This document shows positions 52,530 through 61,140 of a DNA stretch of 64,000 bases, piece by piece. The translations under genes and the position numbers were made by a program. Numbering within the stretch: position 1 is the stretch's first letter; every line of letters begins with the position of its first letter. The stretch comes from Desulfomonilia bacterium (GTDB lineage Bacteria > Desulfobacterota > Desulfomonilia > UBA1062), in NCBI GenBank assembly GCA_050014195.1, contig JBEKDT010000004.1, positions 166,473-230,472 on the forward strand. Direction: 5' to 3'. The notes beneath the pieces are model-generated. The model saw nothing but the letters and a program-made list of their open reading frames with translations, did no database searches and had not been told where the DNA came from.

Positions 52530-52545
52530 TGGCATTTTAATTGCT
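52530..52545 (+). promoter_or_regulatory. Sigma54 promoter of the PEP-CTERM gene
   Basis: TGGCATTTTAATTGCT with GG-N10-GC spacing, 44 nt before the ATG. Confidence 0.75.
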
Positions 52546-52589
52546 TGATTTAAAAAAACATCATTTGTGGATAAACAACGGAGGATAAA

Positions 52590-53321
52590 ATGAAAAAGTC
52601 GTTTTTGATTATTATTTTGGTTCTAGCAGTATTTGTATACACAACATCTGTGGCTAGGGCTAGCAGTGTGACAATTAATGGTACGGTATACACTGCTCCA
52701 GATCCAACCAAAACTACATCTTATGATAATGGTTTAATAGCGCCATCAGATCAATCATGGGACAGTGGCGTAAACCAAGTCAACATTGTAGACTGGCTAC
52801 TGAATTCTAAAAATGGCGGCAACTACAACTACACACTAGTAAATACTGGAACCTGGCTCTCCAACGGAGCGTCATGTAAAATTCTTGCAGAAATCGCTGG
52901 CAATGCAGGTACCAATACTTTCGGCTATTATATCCCTAACGGAACGAAGCATCCCCCCACTTATGAGCTTTTTACCGGTCCCGATAATAGTAGTACAGCA
53001 GCAAAGTCTTTCACCCTCAACTCACCACAAACTTTTGGGTTTTACCTCGGCGCAGCGAGCGGAAACTTTTATACAGATAGCTCGCTTAATTTCAATAACA
53101 ATACGCAAGCAGTTATCTTCCAGATCGGGAGTACCAACCAATATATCATTGGCTTCGAAGACCTGCCCTATGCTACTAGCGACAAGGACTTTCAGGACAT
53201 GATTGTGTCGGCTACCATCAATAACAACGCCCCCGTCCCCGAACCCACAACCATGCTTCTTTTAGGGTCAGGTTTACTTGGCCTTGCAGGCTTCAGAAAG
53301 AAGATAAGGATAAGTAAATAA
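52590..53321 (+). CDS. PEP-CTERM exosortase substrate with DUF4114-like domain
   Basis: Signal peptide; IGFEDL...DKDFQDMIV; C-terminal VPEPTTMLLLGSGLLGLAGFRKK. Confidence 0.95.
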   Translation: MKKSFLIIILVLAVFVYTTSVARASSVTINGTVYTAPDPTKTTSYDNGLIAPSDQSWDSGVNQVNIVDWLLNSKNGGNYNYTLVNTGTWLSNGASCKILAEIAGNAGTNTFGYYIPNGTKHPPTYELFTGPDNSSTAAKSFTLNSPQTFGFYLGAASGNFYTDSSLNFNNNTQAVIFQIGSTNQYIIGFEDLPYATSDKDFQDMIVSATINNNAPVPEPTTMLLLGSGLLGLAGFRKKIRISK

Positions 53322-53341
53322 CGTTACAGTTTTAAGATTGT

Positions 53342-53375
53342 AAAGAGCAGGGTCAATCTCAGGCCCTGCTCTTTT
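53342..53375 (+). terminator. Rho-independent terminator
   Basis: aaagagcagggtc-loop-ggccctgctctttt. Confidence 0.85.
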
Positions 53376-53392
53376 ATTTCATGCTAAGTAAA

Positions 53393-53458
53393 CTCAAGAG
53401 TGCATATTCTGCGATTTCTTCTCGGTTTTGAGAAGGCTGAAAACTGAACATCTTGTTT
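53393..53458. repeat. About 70-bp hairpin-containing repeat, copy A
   Basis: Aligns with 60804-60876. Confidence 0.75.
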
Positions 53459-53604
53459 GAGGGTGTCGAAAAACCCAAAGGATGAAAAGTGACAAAAAAA
53501 CGACCTCGTAGAATGCCCTACGATGGGGAATCTTTGAGCGGGCTTGTGTTTTGATGTTCCAAATTTGATGGTTATTGAGCTTACCGGAGTTTTTCGACAG
53601 TCTC
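53459..53604. mobile_element. MITE-like non-autonomous IS derivative
   Basis: Terminal inverted repeats GAGGGTGTCGAAAAAC / GTTTTTCGACAGTCTC, 146 bp, no transposase. Confidence 0.7.
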
Positions 53605-53621
53605 AAGACAAGATCTACAAG

Positions 53622-54974
53622 CTATTTCCTTTTCTCCAGCGGCACGTATCCAAACTCCTTGGGCAGGGAGCTCACATATGCCGGCCGTATGAGCTTGGAT
53701 TGGATGATCTGCTCGATCCGGTGAGCCGACCACCCCGCTACGCGGGACATGGCAAAGATCGGGGTAAACAGGTCAATGGGGATGTGGAGCATCTTATAGA
53801 TGAACCCTGAGTAGAAGTCCACGTTCGGTGCCACGACCCGGCCCTTGCGCTCGAAGATAAGCTCACTTGCTACTTCGGCCACGAGCTTCATGAGTTCCAG
53901 CTCGCTCTGGAGCTCCTTCTTCTGGGCTGAAAGCTCCTCTGCCTTTTCCAGGAGGATCTCGGCCCTCGGGTCAGAGACGGTATAGACTGCATGGCCTATG
54001 CCGTAGATCTTGCCCGTACGGTCATGGGCCTTGCCGTCGAGGATCTTGACCAGGTACTTCTTCACCTGGTTGCGATCATCCCATCTCTTTACATGTTTCT
54101 TGATGTCCTTCATCATCATCATGACCGCTTCGTTTGCGCCTCCGTGAAGATGCCCGCTCAGGGAGGCAATGCCCGAGCAGATAGCCATATAGGTGTTGGC
54201 CCCACTGCTGGATACGGTGCGCACCGTGAAGGTGGAGTTGTTTCCGCCGCCGTGCTCGGCATGCAGCATGAGGGACAGATCGAAGAGCATTGCCTCCTCC
54301 CGGTTCGGCCTTGATCCCTTAAGCATATAGAGAAAATTCTCGGCCATGGAGAGGTCCGGGTCCGGGGGTATGATCCTCAGGCTGCCGCCCTGGCGGTAGC
54401 GGGACACCTTGTAGTTGTATGCAACGACCGTGGGTGTCTTGGCAATGAGGTTGATGCATGTCATGATCACATCACTCAGTTCTATGGAGACCGGGTTCGG
54501 GTCGCACCTGCTCAAGTGGGATATGACCGAGTGCAGGGCGAACATCTGGTTCTCGTTCTCCGCTTCCTGCGTGATGATGCTCCGCTCGACCTTGTTGAGG
54601 GACCTTGTTCTTGCCAGGAGATTGGTGAAATTTGCAAGATCCTCGACACCCGGGAGTACTCCGGTGAGCAGGAGGTAGGCCACCTCTTCGAAGCCGAACC
54701 TGCCCTCGGTCTGGATCTTCCTGGCAAGGTTGATGGCGTCATACCCGCAATAGAAGAGCCTCCCGGGTGCAGGCTGGACAATGGTCTCCTGGCCGTTTTG
54801 ACTCTGTATGCTCTTGAAGCCGAATACGATCCCCTTGGAGGTGATGCCCACCACGACGCCTGTGCCGTCCGCATTGCGTAGGCCCAACTTGATGTCCTTT
54901 GCCTTCACAAGTTCCGGAGAGACCTCGTCGTGGTATTGTGCAAGTGCATGGATCTTCTTTATGAAGTCTTCCAT
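53622..54974 (-). CDS. gltA: Citrate synthase family protein (Si-type fold)
   Basis: GLRNADGTGV, HAEHGGGNNST, GHLHGGAN, GIGHAVY, PNVDFYSG, IRP. Confidence 0.9.
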   Translation of the reverse strand: MEDFIKKIHALAQYHDEVSPELVKAKDIKLGLRNADGTGVVVGITSKGIVFGFKSIQSQNGQETIVQPAPGRLFYCGYDAINLARKIQTEGRFGFEEVAYLLLTGVLPGVEDLANFTNLLARTRSLNKVERSIITQEAENENQMFALHSVISHLSRCDPNPVSIELSDVIMTCINLIAKTPTVVAYNYKVSRYRQGGSLRIIPPDPDLSMAENFLYMLKGSRPNREEAMLFDLSLMLHAEHGGGNNSTFTVRTVSSSGANTYMAICSGIASLSGHLHGGANEAVMMMMKDIKKHVKRWDDRNQVKKYLVKILDGKAHDRTGKIYGIGHAVYTVSDPRAEILLEKAEELSAQKKELQSELELMKLVAEVASELIFERKGRVVAPNVDFYSGFIYKMLHIPIDLFTPIFAMSRVAGWSAHRIEQIIQSKLIRPAYVSSLPKEFGYVPLEKRK

Positions 54975-55171
54975 TCCCTTCTCACCTCTGTTCTGTCTGT
55001 ATGTCCTTTTCCTAGTTAAATTCCTCTGCTGAACACCTTTCTTAAGAATATTCTTAAATACCACGGAAAGAGGTATTGGGGCAATGGACTTGCTGTCTGA
55101 CGACCCCCCTCACCGAAGTTTCTCTTCCGCTAGGGTTCATGGGGAGAAGAAGATCAAAGAAAGAATACGTT

Positions 55172-55194
55172 GTAGGAGCGGCTTAAGCCGCGAC
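55172..55194. repeat. Single GTAG-class REP unit
   Basis: GTAGGAGCGGCTTAAGCCGCGAC. Confidence 0.75.
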
Positions 55195-55306
55195 ATCCGG
55201 TGGAGGGTCGGGGTAAAGGGGTGGCCTGGGCGAAGCCGCAGGCTTGCCCAGGAGAGAACAGTCTCATATCATTGTTGGAATCAGAAAATGGTCGAATTCA
55301 GAATTG

Positions 55307-55350
55307 CCCCCTCACCCTGTCCCTCTCCCGCCAGGGGAGAGGGGACTTGG
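55307..55350. repeat. CCCCTC...GGGGAGA palindromic repeat
   Basis: ccccctcaccctgtccctctcccgccaggggagaggggacttgg. Confidence 0.75.
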
Positions 55351-55510
55351 TAGATCCGAACCGGGTACATAGGTAACAACGATAAGGCATAGCGAGGAAG
55401 AGCGCTCTGCCATGGAAGGAGACGGCCCCGGTAAAGGAACGATTCAAGATGGTGTGAAAGAAGGATGAACATTCGTTCTTGTTCAAATACAAAATCAGGG
55501 GTTGAAAACG

Positions 55511-56809
55511 CTACCGAGAAGCCGTCTTGTTCCGGAGCCGCTGCATGCGGTGTTCCAGCGACCGGCGCTCTGCCTCGTCCAGGTGCCGGGATTCTTCGAG
55601 GACCCTGTGCACGATCTTAAGGGCCTGCTCGTATTTGCGGGCATGATGCTCATAGAATTTGGCAAGTTCTTCCACGGCAAACACATCGAGCGGGTCTAAG
55701 CCGATCATTTCCTTCCAGAGCTCGGCGGCATCATCCCACTGATTCGTCTTCTTGTATATCAGCGACAGCGACCGCCGCGCGCCCTTGGCAACCTCCGCCA
55801 GGTGCGATCCTGTCAACGGTGCGAGCATGCGCATGGCTGCCGCGAGATCGCCACGCTCGTGGTGCAGCCTGGCTGCCGACAGGAGATCACCATGGTGGGC
55901 ATGCGCTATCCCGCTGCCTCCTTCCACCAGGTCTGTCAGGTACTTAAGCAGTGATGCCATGGAGACGATATCGAGCCGGTTGTGCCGGAACACGTCTTCC
56001 AGCAGCCTCCCGTCGCGCCTCCGAAGCCAGTCGAAGTAACGCCGGGGGATCTCGTAACCCGGCACATCGCCCTCTCGTCTCACCCCGAGCACGTTTGCCT
56101 CAATGGTTACGAGCCGTGCATTCTCCAGACGGCTGCCGAACATCCTCCTGCTCGGATGGAGCAGGTCTATATGCGGCATACCTGATAACACATCCTCAGA
56201 CCGGTTGAGGATAAACCGGGCCGAAAGGATGTTCAGGTCATAGGCCCTTCCGTTGAATGTCACGAGGAACCTTTTGGCGGATGCAAGATCAGTTAAGCAT
56301 GTAAGCATGGCTTTCTCTTCGGAGAAATCCCGGGCAAAGAGCTGGCAGGTGATGAATGACCCTTCCTCGAACCACCCGAGCCCGATGAGGAAGGGGAAGG
56401 TACCCGTGCCGCCTGCAAGGCCCGTGGTCTCGGTGTCGAGGAACAGGCCGTCTTCTATGGACAGACCCGCAAGCGCCCGGGAACCCGCAAGGATAGCGGC
56501 CAAGTGCATGCCGGAGCAGGCAAAGTCGCGAACCCGTGTGTGCCCGTGAAAATCATCAGCCTTCAAGGTGCTGCGGGAGATGAAAAACCTGCCGTGCTCT
56601 GTGGCCGCCTCCTCCCCTGTCACCACGTGCTCGATTGGTACCGATCGGCCTTGTACCTGTGGCACATGAGGCGAACCCAGGCGCTCCTTACGGTTCATGA
56701 CCTCTTCGATTCTTTTGCGGAGTTCGCTGAGCCTTTCCTGTTTCGGATCAGCCTGGACGGGCTTTACCGGCTCCCCGGTGAGACGGCCCAGTCGGTCCTT
56801 GATGCTCAT
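55511..56809 (-). CDS. mrfB: RNase H-like DEDDh exonuclease with TPR-like tail (MrfB/YprB type)
   Basis: FLDTETTGL, TFNGRAYD, HIDLLH, HNRLDI; ATGA-coupled to the helicase. Confidence 0.85.
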   Translation of the reverse strand: MSIKDRLGRLTGEPVKPVQADPKQERLSELRKRIEEVMNRKERLGSPHVPQVQGRSVPIEHVVTGEEAATEHGRFFISRSTLKADDFHGHTRVRDFACSGMHLAAILAGSRALAGLSIEDGLFLDTETTGLAGGTGTFPFLIGLGWFEEGSFITCQLFARDFSEEKAMLTCLTDLASAKRFLVTFNGRAYDLNILSARFILNRSEDVLSGMPHIDLLHPSRRMFGSRLENARLVTIEANVLGVRREGDVPGYEIPRRYFDWLRRRDGRLLEDVFRHNRLDIVSMASLLKYLTDLVEGGSGIAHAHHGDLLSAARLHHERGDLAAAMRMLAPLTGSHLAEVAKGARRSLSLIYKKTNQWDDAAELWKEMIGLDPLDVFAVEELAKFYEHHARKYEQALKIVHRVLEESRHLDEAERRSLEHRMQRLRNKTASR

Positions 56810-59166
56810 GGCTTGTCCATCAGATTAAGGATGAGCAGGGCGGCGTTCTTGGCCGAAGGCCCCACCTCCAACGACGGCCCTACGCACATGGGGCACCCAT
56901 GCTCGCACGGGCACGAAGAGATGATCGACCGGGCAGCCTGTATCATTTCGTCGTGCCTCTCGAACAGGTTTTCCGAGAAGCCGATGCCCCCGGGGTAGGC
57001 GTCGAAGATGAAGACCGTGGGGTCATAGGCGTTCTCCATGACATTTGTGGGCTGATCCGGGCTTGCGGTGATAACGCGACGGTCTTTACCGTAGCGCACG
57101 AACCACTCGCCGCTCTTGTCGCCGATGCACCGGTCGATGTCGCGGATGTCCGACATCACGAGCATGGCAGAGATGTGGTGAAGGCAGTAGGCGAGCCCCG
57201 CAAGCCCGTCGATGATCTCTTCCCGGGTAAGCCGGAGGAGGTCCAGCAGGTCCCAGGGAATAGTGAACCAGTAGCTTGTCGTGTGCATGTCCTTCTGCGG
57301 CAGGTTCACGTCGCCGTAGCCCACATTCTCGCTTGTGTAGAACTTGATCTTCTTGTATCCCACCACCTTGCGCGACACCTGGACTTCGCCGTGCTCGACG
57401 ATGATGCTCCCTTTCATTTTCTTGTTGAAGTCGTCGATGACACGGACATTGGTATAGGTCATGGCGTCGGTGTAGTAATCAACATCCACCTTCTTCACGT
57501 ATGCCTTCTTGCGCTCCAGATCGAGCTTGTCCACATGGTACTGCTGGGATTCCACCATGTAGACGGCCCCGTCGTGGACCGTGGTGAAGGCGCTGTCCCA
57601 GTCCACCTCGGCAATCACCTTGTGCCCCCCGGTCTCGGTAGTGTCCACGACCACCACGTTCTCGGGATTCACCGTCCTCAGGCTCACCTCGTCTGCCGGG
57701 TAGCTCTCGGCGGCCCAGTGCCAGCGCTGATCCACCCGATGGAGCACGCCCTTCTCTTCCAGGTAGGCGAGCATCTCCATGAGGTCTTCTTTGCCGAAGC
57801 GCTCACCCTCCTCGAATGGCAGCTCGAAGGCGGCGCTCTTGATGTGGTGCAGCAGGATCAGGAGGTTGTCGGGGTTCACGCGGCAGTGCTCGGGCGAGCG
57901 GGTGAAAAAGTATTCCGGGTTCTCCACGATGAACTGGTCCATGGGATTGCTCTTGGCAATGAGGACGGCAAGGCTGTGGCCAGCCCTGCGGCCGGCCCTG
58001 CCCGCCTGCTGCCAGGTGCTGGCGATGGAGCCCGGGTAGCCCGCCATGATGCAGGCCTCCAGGTCGCCGATGTCGATGCCCAGTTCCAGGGCGTTCGTGC
58101 TCACCACGCCCATGACGCTGCGGTCCCTCAGGCCCTTTTCGATATCACGCCTGAGGTGAGGCAGGTAGCCTCCCCGATAGCCGGTCACATAGTGGTCATC
58201 GCCGGGGATCTTTCCCCTGAAGGTATCCTTGAGGTACTTGGTGAGCACCTCCACGTTGAGCCTGCTCGTGGTGAAGACAATGGTCTGGATCTTGTTTCCG
58301 ATGAGATCGCCTGCCATCTTTCTCGCAGGGGTCAGGGCCGACTGGCGGATGCCGAGCTCGCGGTTGACGATGGGAGGGTTGTAAAGGATGAAGGTCTTGG
58401 CCGCCCTCGGCGCCCCGCTCTCATCGATGAGCTCCACCTCACGCTCCAGGAGGTTCTCTGCGTGCTCCTTGGGGTTGGCAACCGTAGCGGTACAGCAGAT
58501 AAATACCGGGTCGGTGCCATAGAAGCGGCAGACCCTCTTCAGACGCCTGAACACATTGGTGAGGTGGCTACCGAACACCCCTCGGTAGACGTGCAGCTCG
58601 TCCACCACCACGTATCTCAGGTTGGCAAAGAGCTTCTGCCACTTGGTGTGGTGGGGCAGGATGCCGGTGTGGAGCATGTCGGGGTTGGTGACCACTACGT
58701 GGCCCTGCTTGCGGATGGCCTGACGCGCGTCATCCGGCGTGTCTCCGTCATAGGTGAAGGTTTTGATGTCGGCCTTGAGCTCGCCGATGAGGCCATGCAC
58801 CTCGTTCATCTGGTCCTGGGCCAGGGCCTTGGTGGGAAAGAGATAGACTGCCCTGGTCTCGGGTTCTTCCAGGATCTTCTGGAGCACCGGGATGTTGTAG
58901 CACAGAGTCTTGCCGCTCGCCGTTGGTGTCACGAGGACCACGTCCCTGCCGTTACGTACAAGGTCGATGGCATGGGCCTGATGGCTGTAGAGCTGGGAAA
59001 TGCCGCGCTTGGCGAGTATTGACCAAAGGCCGGGGTTCACCCATTCGGGATACGGCTTAAAACTGCCCTTGGATGCAGGGATGTGCGTGATGGAGGTTGC
59101 ATTCTCTCTGAATCGCCGATCGTTTTCAAGGCGTGCCAGCCATTCTGTGAGGCTTAAGTCTGCCAT
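56806..59166 (-). CDS. mrfA: DEAH helicase with DUF1998 (MrfA/YprA/Hrq1 type)
   Basis: PTASGKT, PTKALAQDQ, DELH, QQAGRAGR, DAYPGGIG, CPCEHGCPMC. Confidence 0.9.
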   Translation of the reverse strand: MADLSLTEWLARLENDRRFRENATSITHIPASKGSFKPYPEWVNPGLWSILAKRGISQLYSHQAHAIDLVRNGRDVVLVTPTASGKTLCYNIPVLQKILEEPETRAVYLFPTKALAQDQMNEVHGLIGELKADIKTFTYDGDTPDDARQAIRKQGHVVVTNPDMLHTGILPHHTKWQKLFANLRYVVVDELHVYRGVFGSHLTNVFRRLKRVCRFYGTDPVFICCTATVANPKEHAENLLEREVELIDESGAPRAAKTFILYNPPIVNRELGIRQSALTPARKMAGDLIGNKIQTIVFTTSRLNVEVLTKYLKDTFRGKIPGDDHYVTGYRGGYLPHLRRDIEKGLRDRSVMGVVSTNALELGIDIGDLEACIMAGYPGSIASTWQQAGRAGRRAGHSLAVLIAKSNPMDQFIVENPEYFFTRSPEHCRVNPDNLLILLHHIKSAAFELPFEEGERFGKEDLMEMLAYLEEKGVLHRVDQRWHWAAESYPADEVSLRTVNPENVVVVDTTETGGHKVIAEVDWDSAFTTVHDGAVYMVESQQYHVDKLDLERKKAYVKKVDVDYYTDAMTYTNVRVIDDFNKKMKGSIIVEHGEVQVSRKVVGYKKIKFYTSENVGYGDVNLPQKDMHTTSYWFTIPWDLLDLLRLTREEIIDGLAGLAYCLHHISAMLVMSDIRDIDRCIGDKSGEWFVRYGKDRRVITASPDQPTNVMENAYDPTVFIFDAYPGGIGFSENLFERHDEMIQAARSIISSCPCEHGCPMCVGPSLEVGPSAKNAALLILNLMDKP

Positions 59167-59606
59167 GTCCCTGCCTGATGAGTGTGTGATGCACCCGAAA
59201 GTTTTTCTGACTATAGAAACGGGGGTGTCATGTGTCAACCCGGATTTGGAAGACGAATACATTCCCCCTTCCGAGGGGGGCGGGCTACCTTGTTCGAGCT
59301 TGAGGGGTGTTTTGTGGCTTATACCATTTTTATCACCTGAGATTTGGTCTGACAATCCAACTGTCGTGCCGTGATACTCTCCATGAAATATTTGATGGCG
59401 ACCTACCAGAGATCAGCTTAAGAAATATTCATTATGGGCTGAGCGGAGGTGATGGCACGTAAGCTACAGTTTCAAAAACCCTGGGTATCTGTTCGGTCTC
59501 TAGGGCTTCGGGATGGTCTTCCAGGTCAGATTCGCACACTTCGGCCTTTCATGCTGTCGAGTAAAATGAGTAAAAATTATGTATAATGGTGCTTCATATT
59601 CGTATT

Positions 59607-60557
59607 TTAGTACAGATATGTATCGTCCACCTTTGTGACTATGAAACCTGATTTCTTAAGTTTGACTTCCATAACCCAGCTCCTACCTCTCATGCCATCA
59701 GCAAGTAACTTTATTTCCATCATTAGTATTTTGCTAGGATTTCTTATAGTTTTCAAAGTCACATTCAGGTATCCTGCAACATGGTTAAGGCCTCGATGAA
59801 TATTAGAATCAAGTGTTGCGATAAAAACGGTTTTACCTGGATTGACCGAGGATGCATCTTTCAGGCTTTGTGTGGCTGAGATATTCCCGAATGATTTTGG
59901 ATTCATTACTGTGATGATAATGTTTACATCCCTAGCTACACGACTTGATTTGTTTGCAAGTACAATAGGTATCGACCAAGTGCCAGTTTTAGCTATCTTT
60001 AGTATACTTGAATCGAATATTGGTCCTAAGTCTGGAGAATCACTTCCAGCAAACATACGCTTAAGTATATCAAATGGCATTATGTTAAATTCAGCACCTA
60101 CACGTATATAAAATTTACTGTCATCAAGACATTGTACTGGGTCACCTGAAGATTTTGGAATGAACAAGCACACGATACCTTTGGTATCCCCGGTCTTCTC
60201 TCTTAGCACGCGACAAGGGGGGCAGTTTTGTACAGGTGTGACAAGTGTTGGAATAGCACGGTCTATTCGAAGAGCAAGTTGTTCGCAGTGACCTATTGGT
60301 TCTATTTGAGTAAGTATGTCTAGCCCACTATGAAGTTTGTTCGTCGTACTCACACCAATGAGAATTACCCCTCCTCCTGAGTTCGCAAAACCACTAACCG
60401 CGATAGCGAGCTGGTTCTTTAATCCCTTGTCGAGAAGAGGGGAGCTTGGCGCCTTACATTCGAGATATTGGCCTTCTGCTTCACCTGCTGTGATAAGGTC
60501 CATAACCTTCTGATATTTGTCCAAGTCAGCGAACAATCCATCTGCAGGTTCCTTCAC
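59607..60557 (-). CDS. AlbA_2/Schlafen-domain protein with unknown C-terminal domain
   Basis: EGQYLECK, SGFANSGGGVILIGV, FYIRVG; GGAGG RBS; AT-rich. Confidence 0.85.
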   Translation of the reverse strand: MKEPADGLFADLDKYQKVMDLITAGEAEGQYLECKAPSSPLLDKGLKNQLAIAVSGFANSGGGVILIGVSTTNKLHSGLDILTQIEPIGHCEQLALRIDRAIPTLVTPVQNCPPCRVLREKTGDTKGIVCLFIPKSSGDPVQCLDDSKFYIRVGAEFNIMPFDILKRMFAGSDSPDLGPIFDSSILKIAKTGTWSIPIVLANKSSRVARDVNIIITVMNPKSFGNISATQSLKDASSVNPGKTVFIATLDSNIHRGLNHVAGYLNVTLKTIRNPSKILMMEIKLLADGMRGRSWVMEVKLKKSGFIVTKVDDTYLY

Positions 60558-60803
60558 TATACCCTCCTAAATGAACAATATAATTTAAATATATCATCAG
60601 GCTCTGATCATATCTATCATAATATATTGCTCAGCGATTAACCCTAGATAAGTTATCATTGATCTTCATTTGAAACATACTGGGATCACAAGTGCCGTGT
60701 AAGTGCCGTAAGCTATTTGTAAATATAGGCTGGGCCTATATGAGCAGAGTGTTCGATTCCCCCCGCCTTTAGGAATTACAGAAAAGGTTTCATTGTTGAT
60801 TTT

Positions 60804-60876
60804 CTCAAAGTGTATATTACTGCGATTTCTTCTCAGTTTTAGGATGTCTGAAAACTGAAGATCTTGGGTTGAGACA
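60804..60876. repeat. About 70-bp hairpin-containing repeat, copy B
   Basis: ctcaaagtgtatattactgcgatttcttctcagttttaggatgtctgaaaactgaagatcttgggttgagaca. Confidence 0.75.
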
Positions 60877-61140
60877 TACACAGTAAGACACATCATATCA
60901 GACCGTGGCGATTGGCACGAAAGCTACAGGTATAGTCAAACTTCCACTTCACGATATGTTGCTCAAAAGACGGATGGCTCACCATATTATTCTTCACCAT
61001 AATGTCCCCCTACCGTGATTTTACCGCTTATCATCGGTACAGTCCATCAGGGGATCATCCTATACCTATATGTACAAAATAGCCTTTATATTTGTAGCGG
61101 CAGGTTGCTCATTAAGATTTAGGAATTATTATAGATCACT

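Noticed and set aside
55084-55492. Short ORFs containing PSPARGEG or PLPWRER
   Set aside because: Translations of the CCCCTC repeat.
56899-59022. 707-aa plus-strand ORF
   Set aside because: Antisense shadow of the GC-rich helicase gene; no motifs.
60751-60768. Possible tRNA or tmRNA gene
   Set aside because: Only a T-loop-like fragment; no acceptor stem or CCA. Kept only as a possible att relic.
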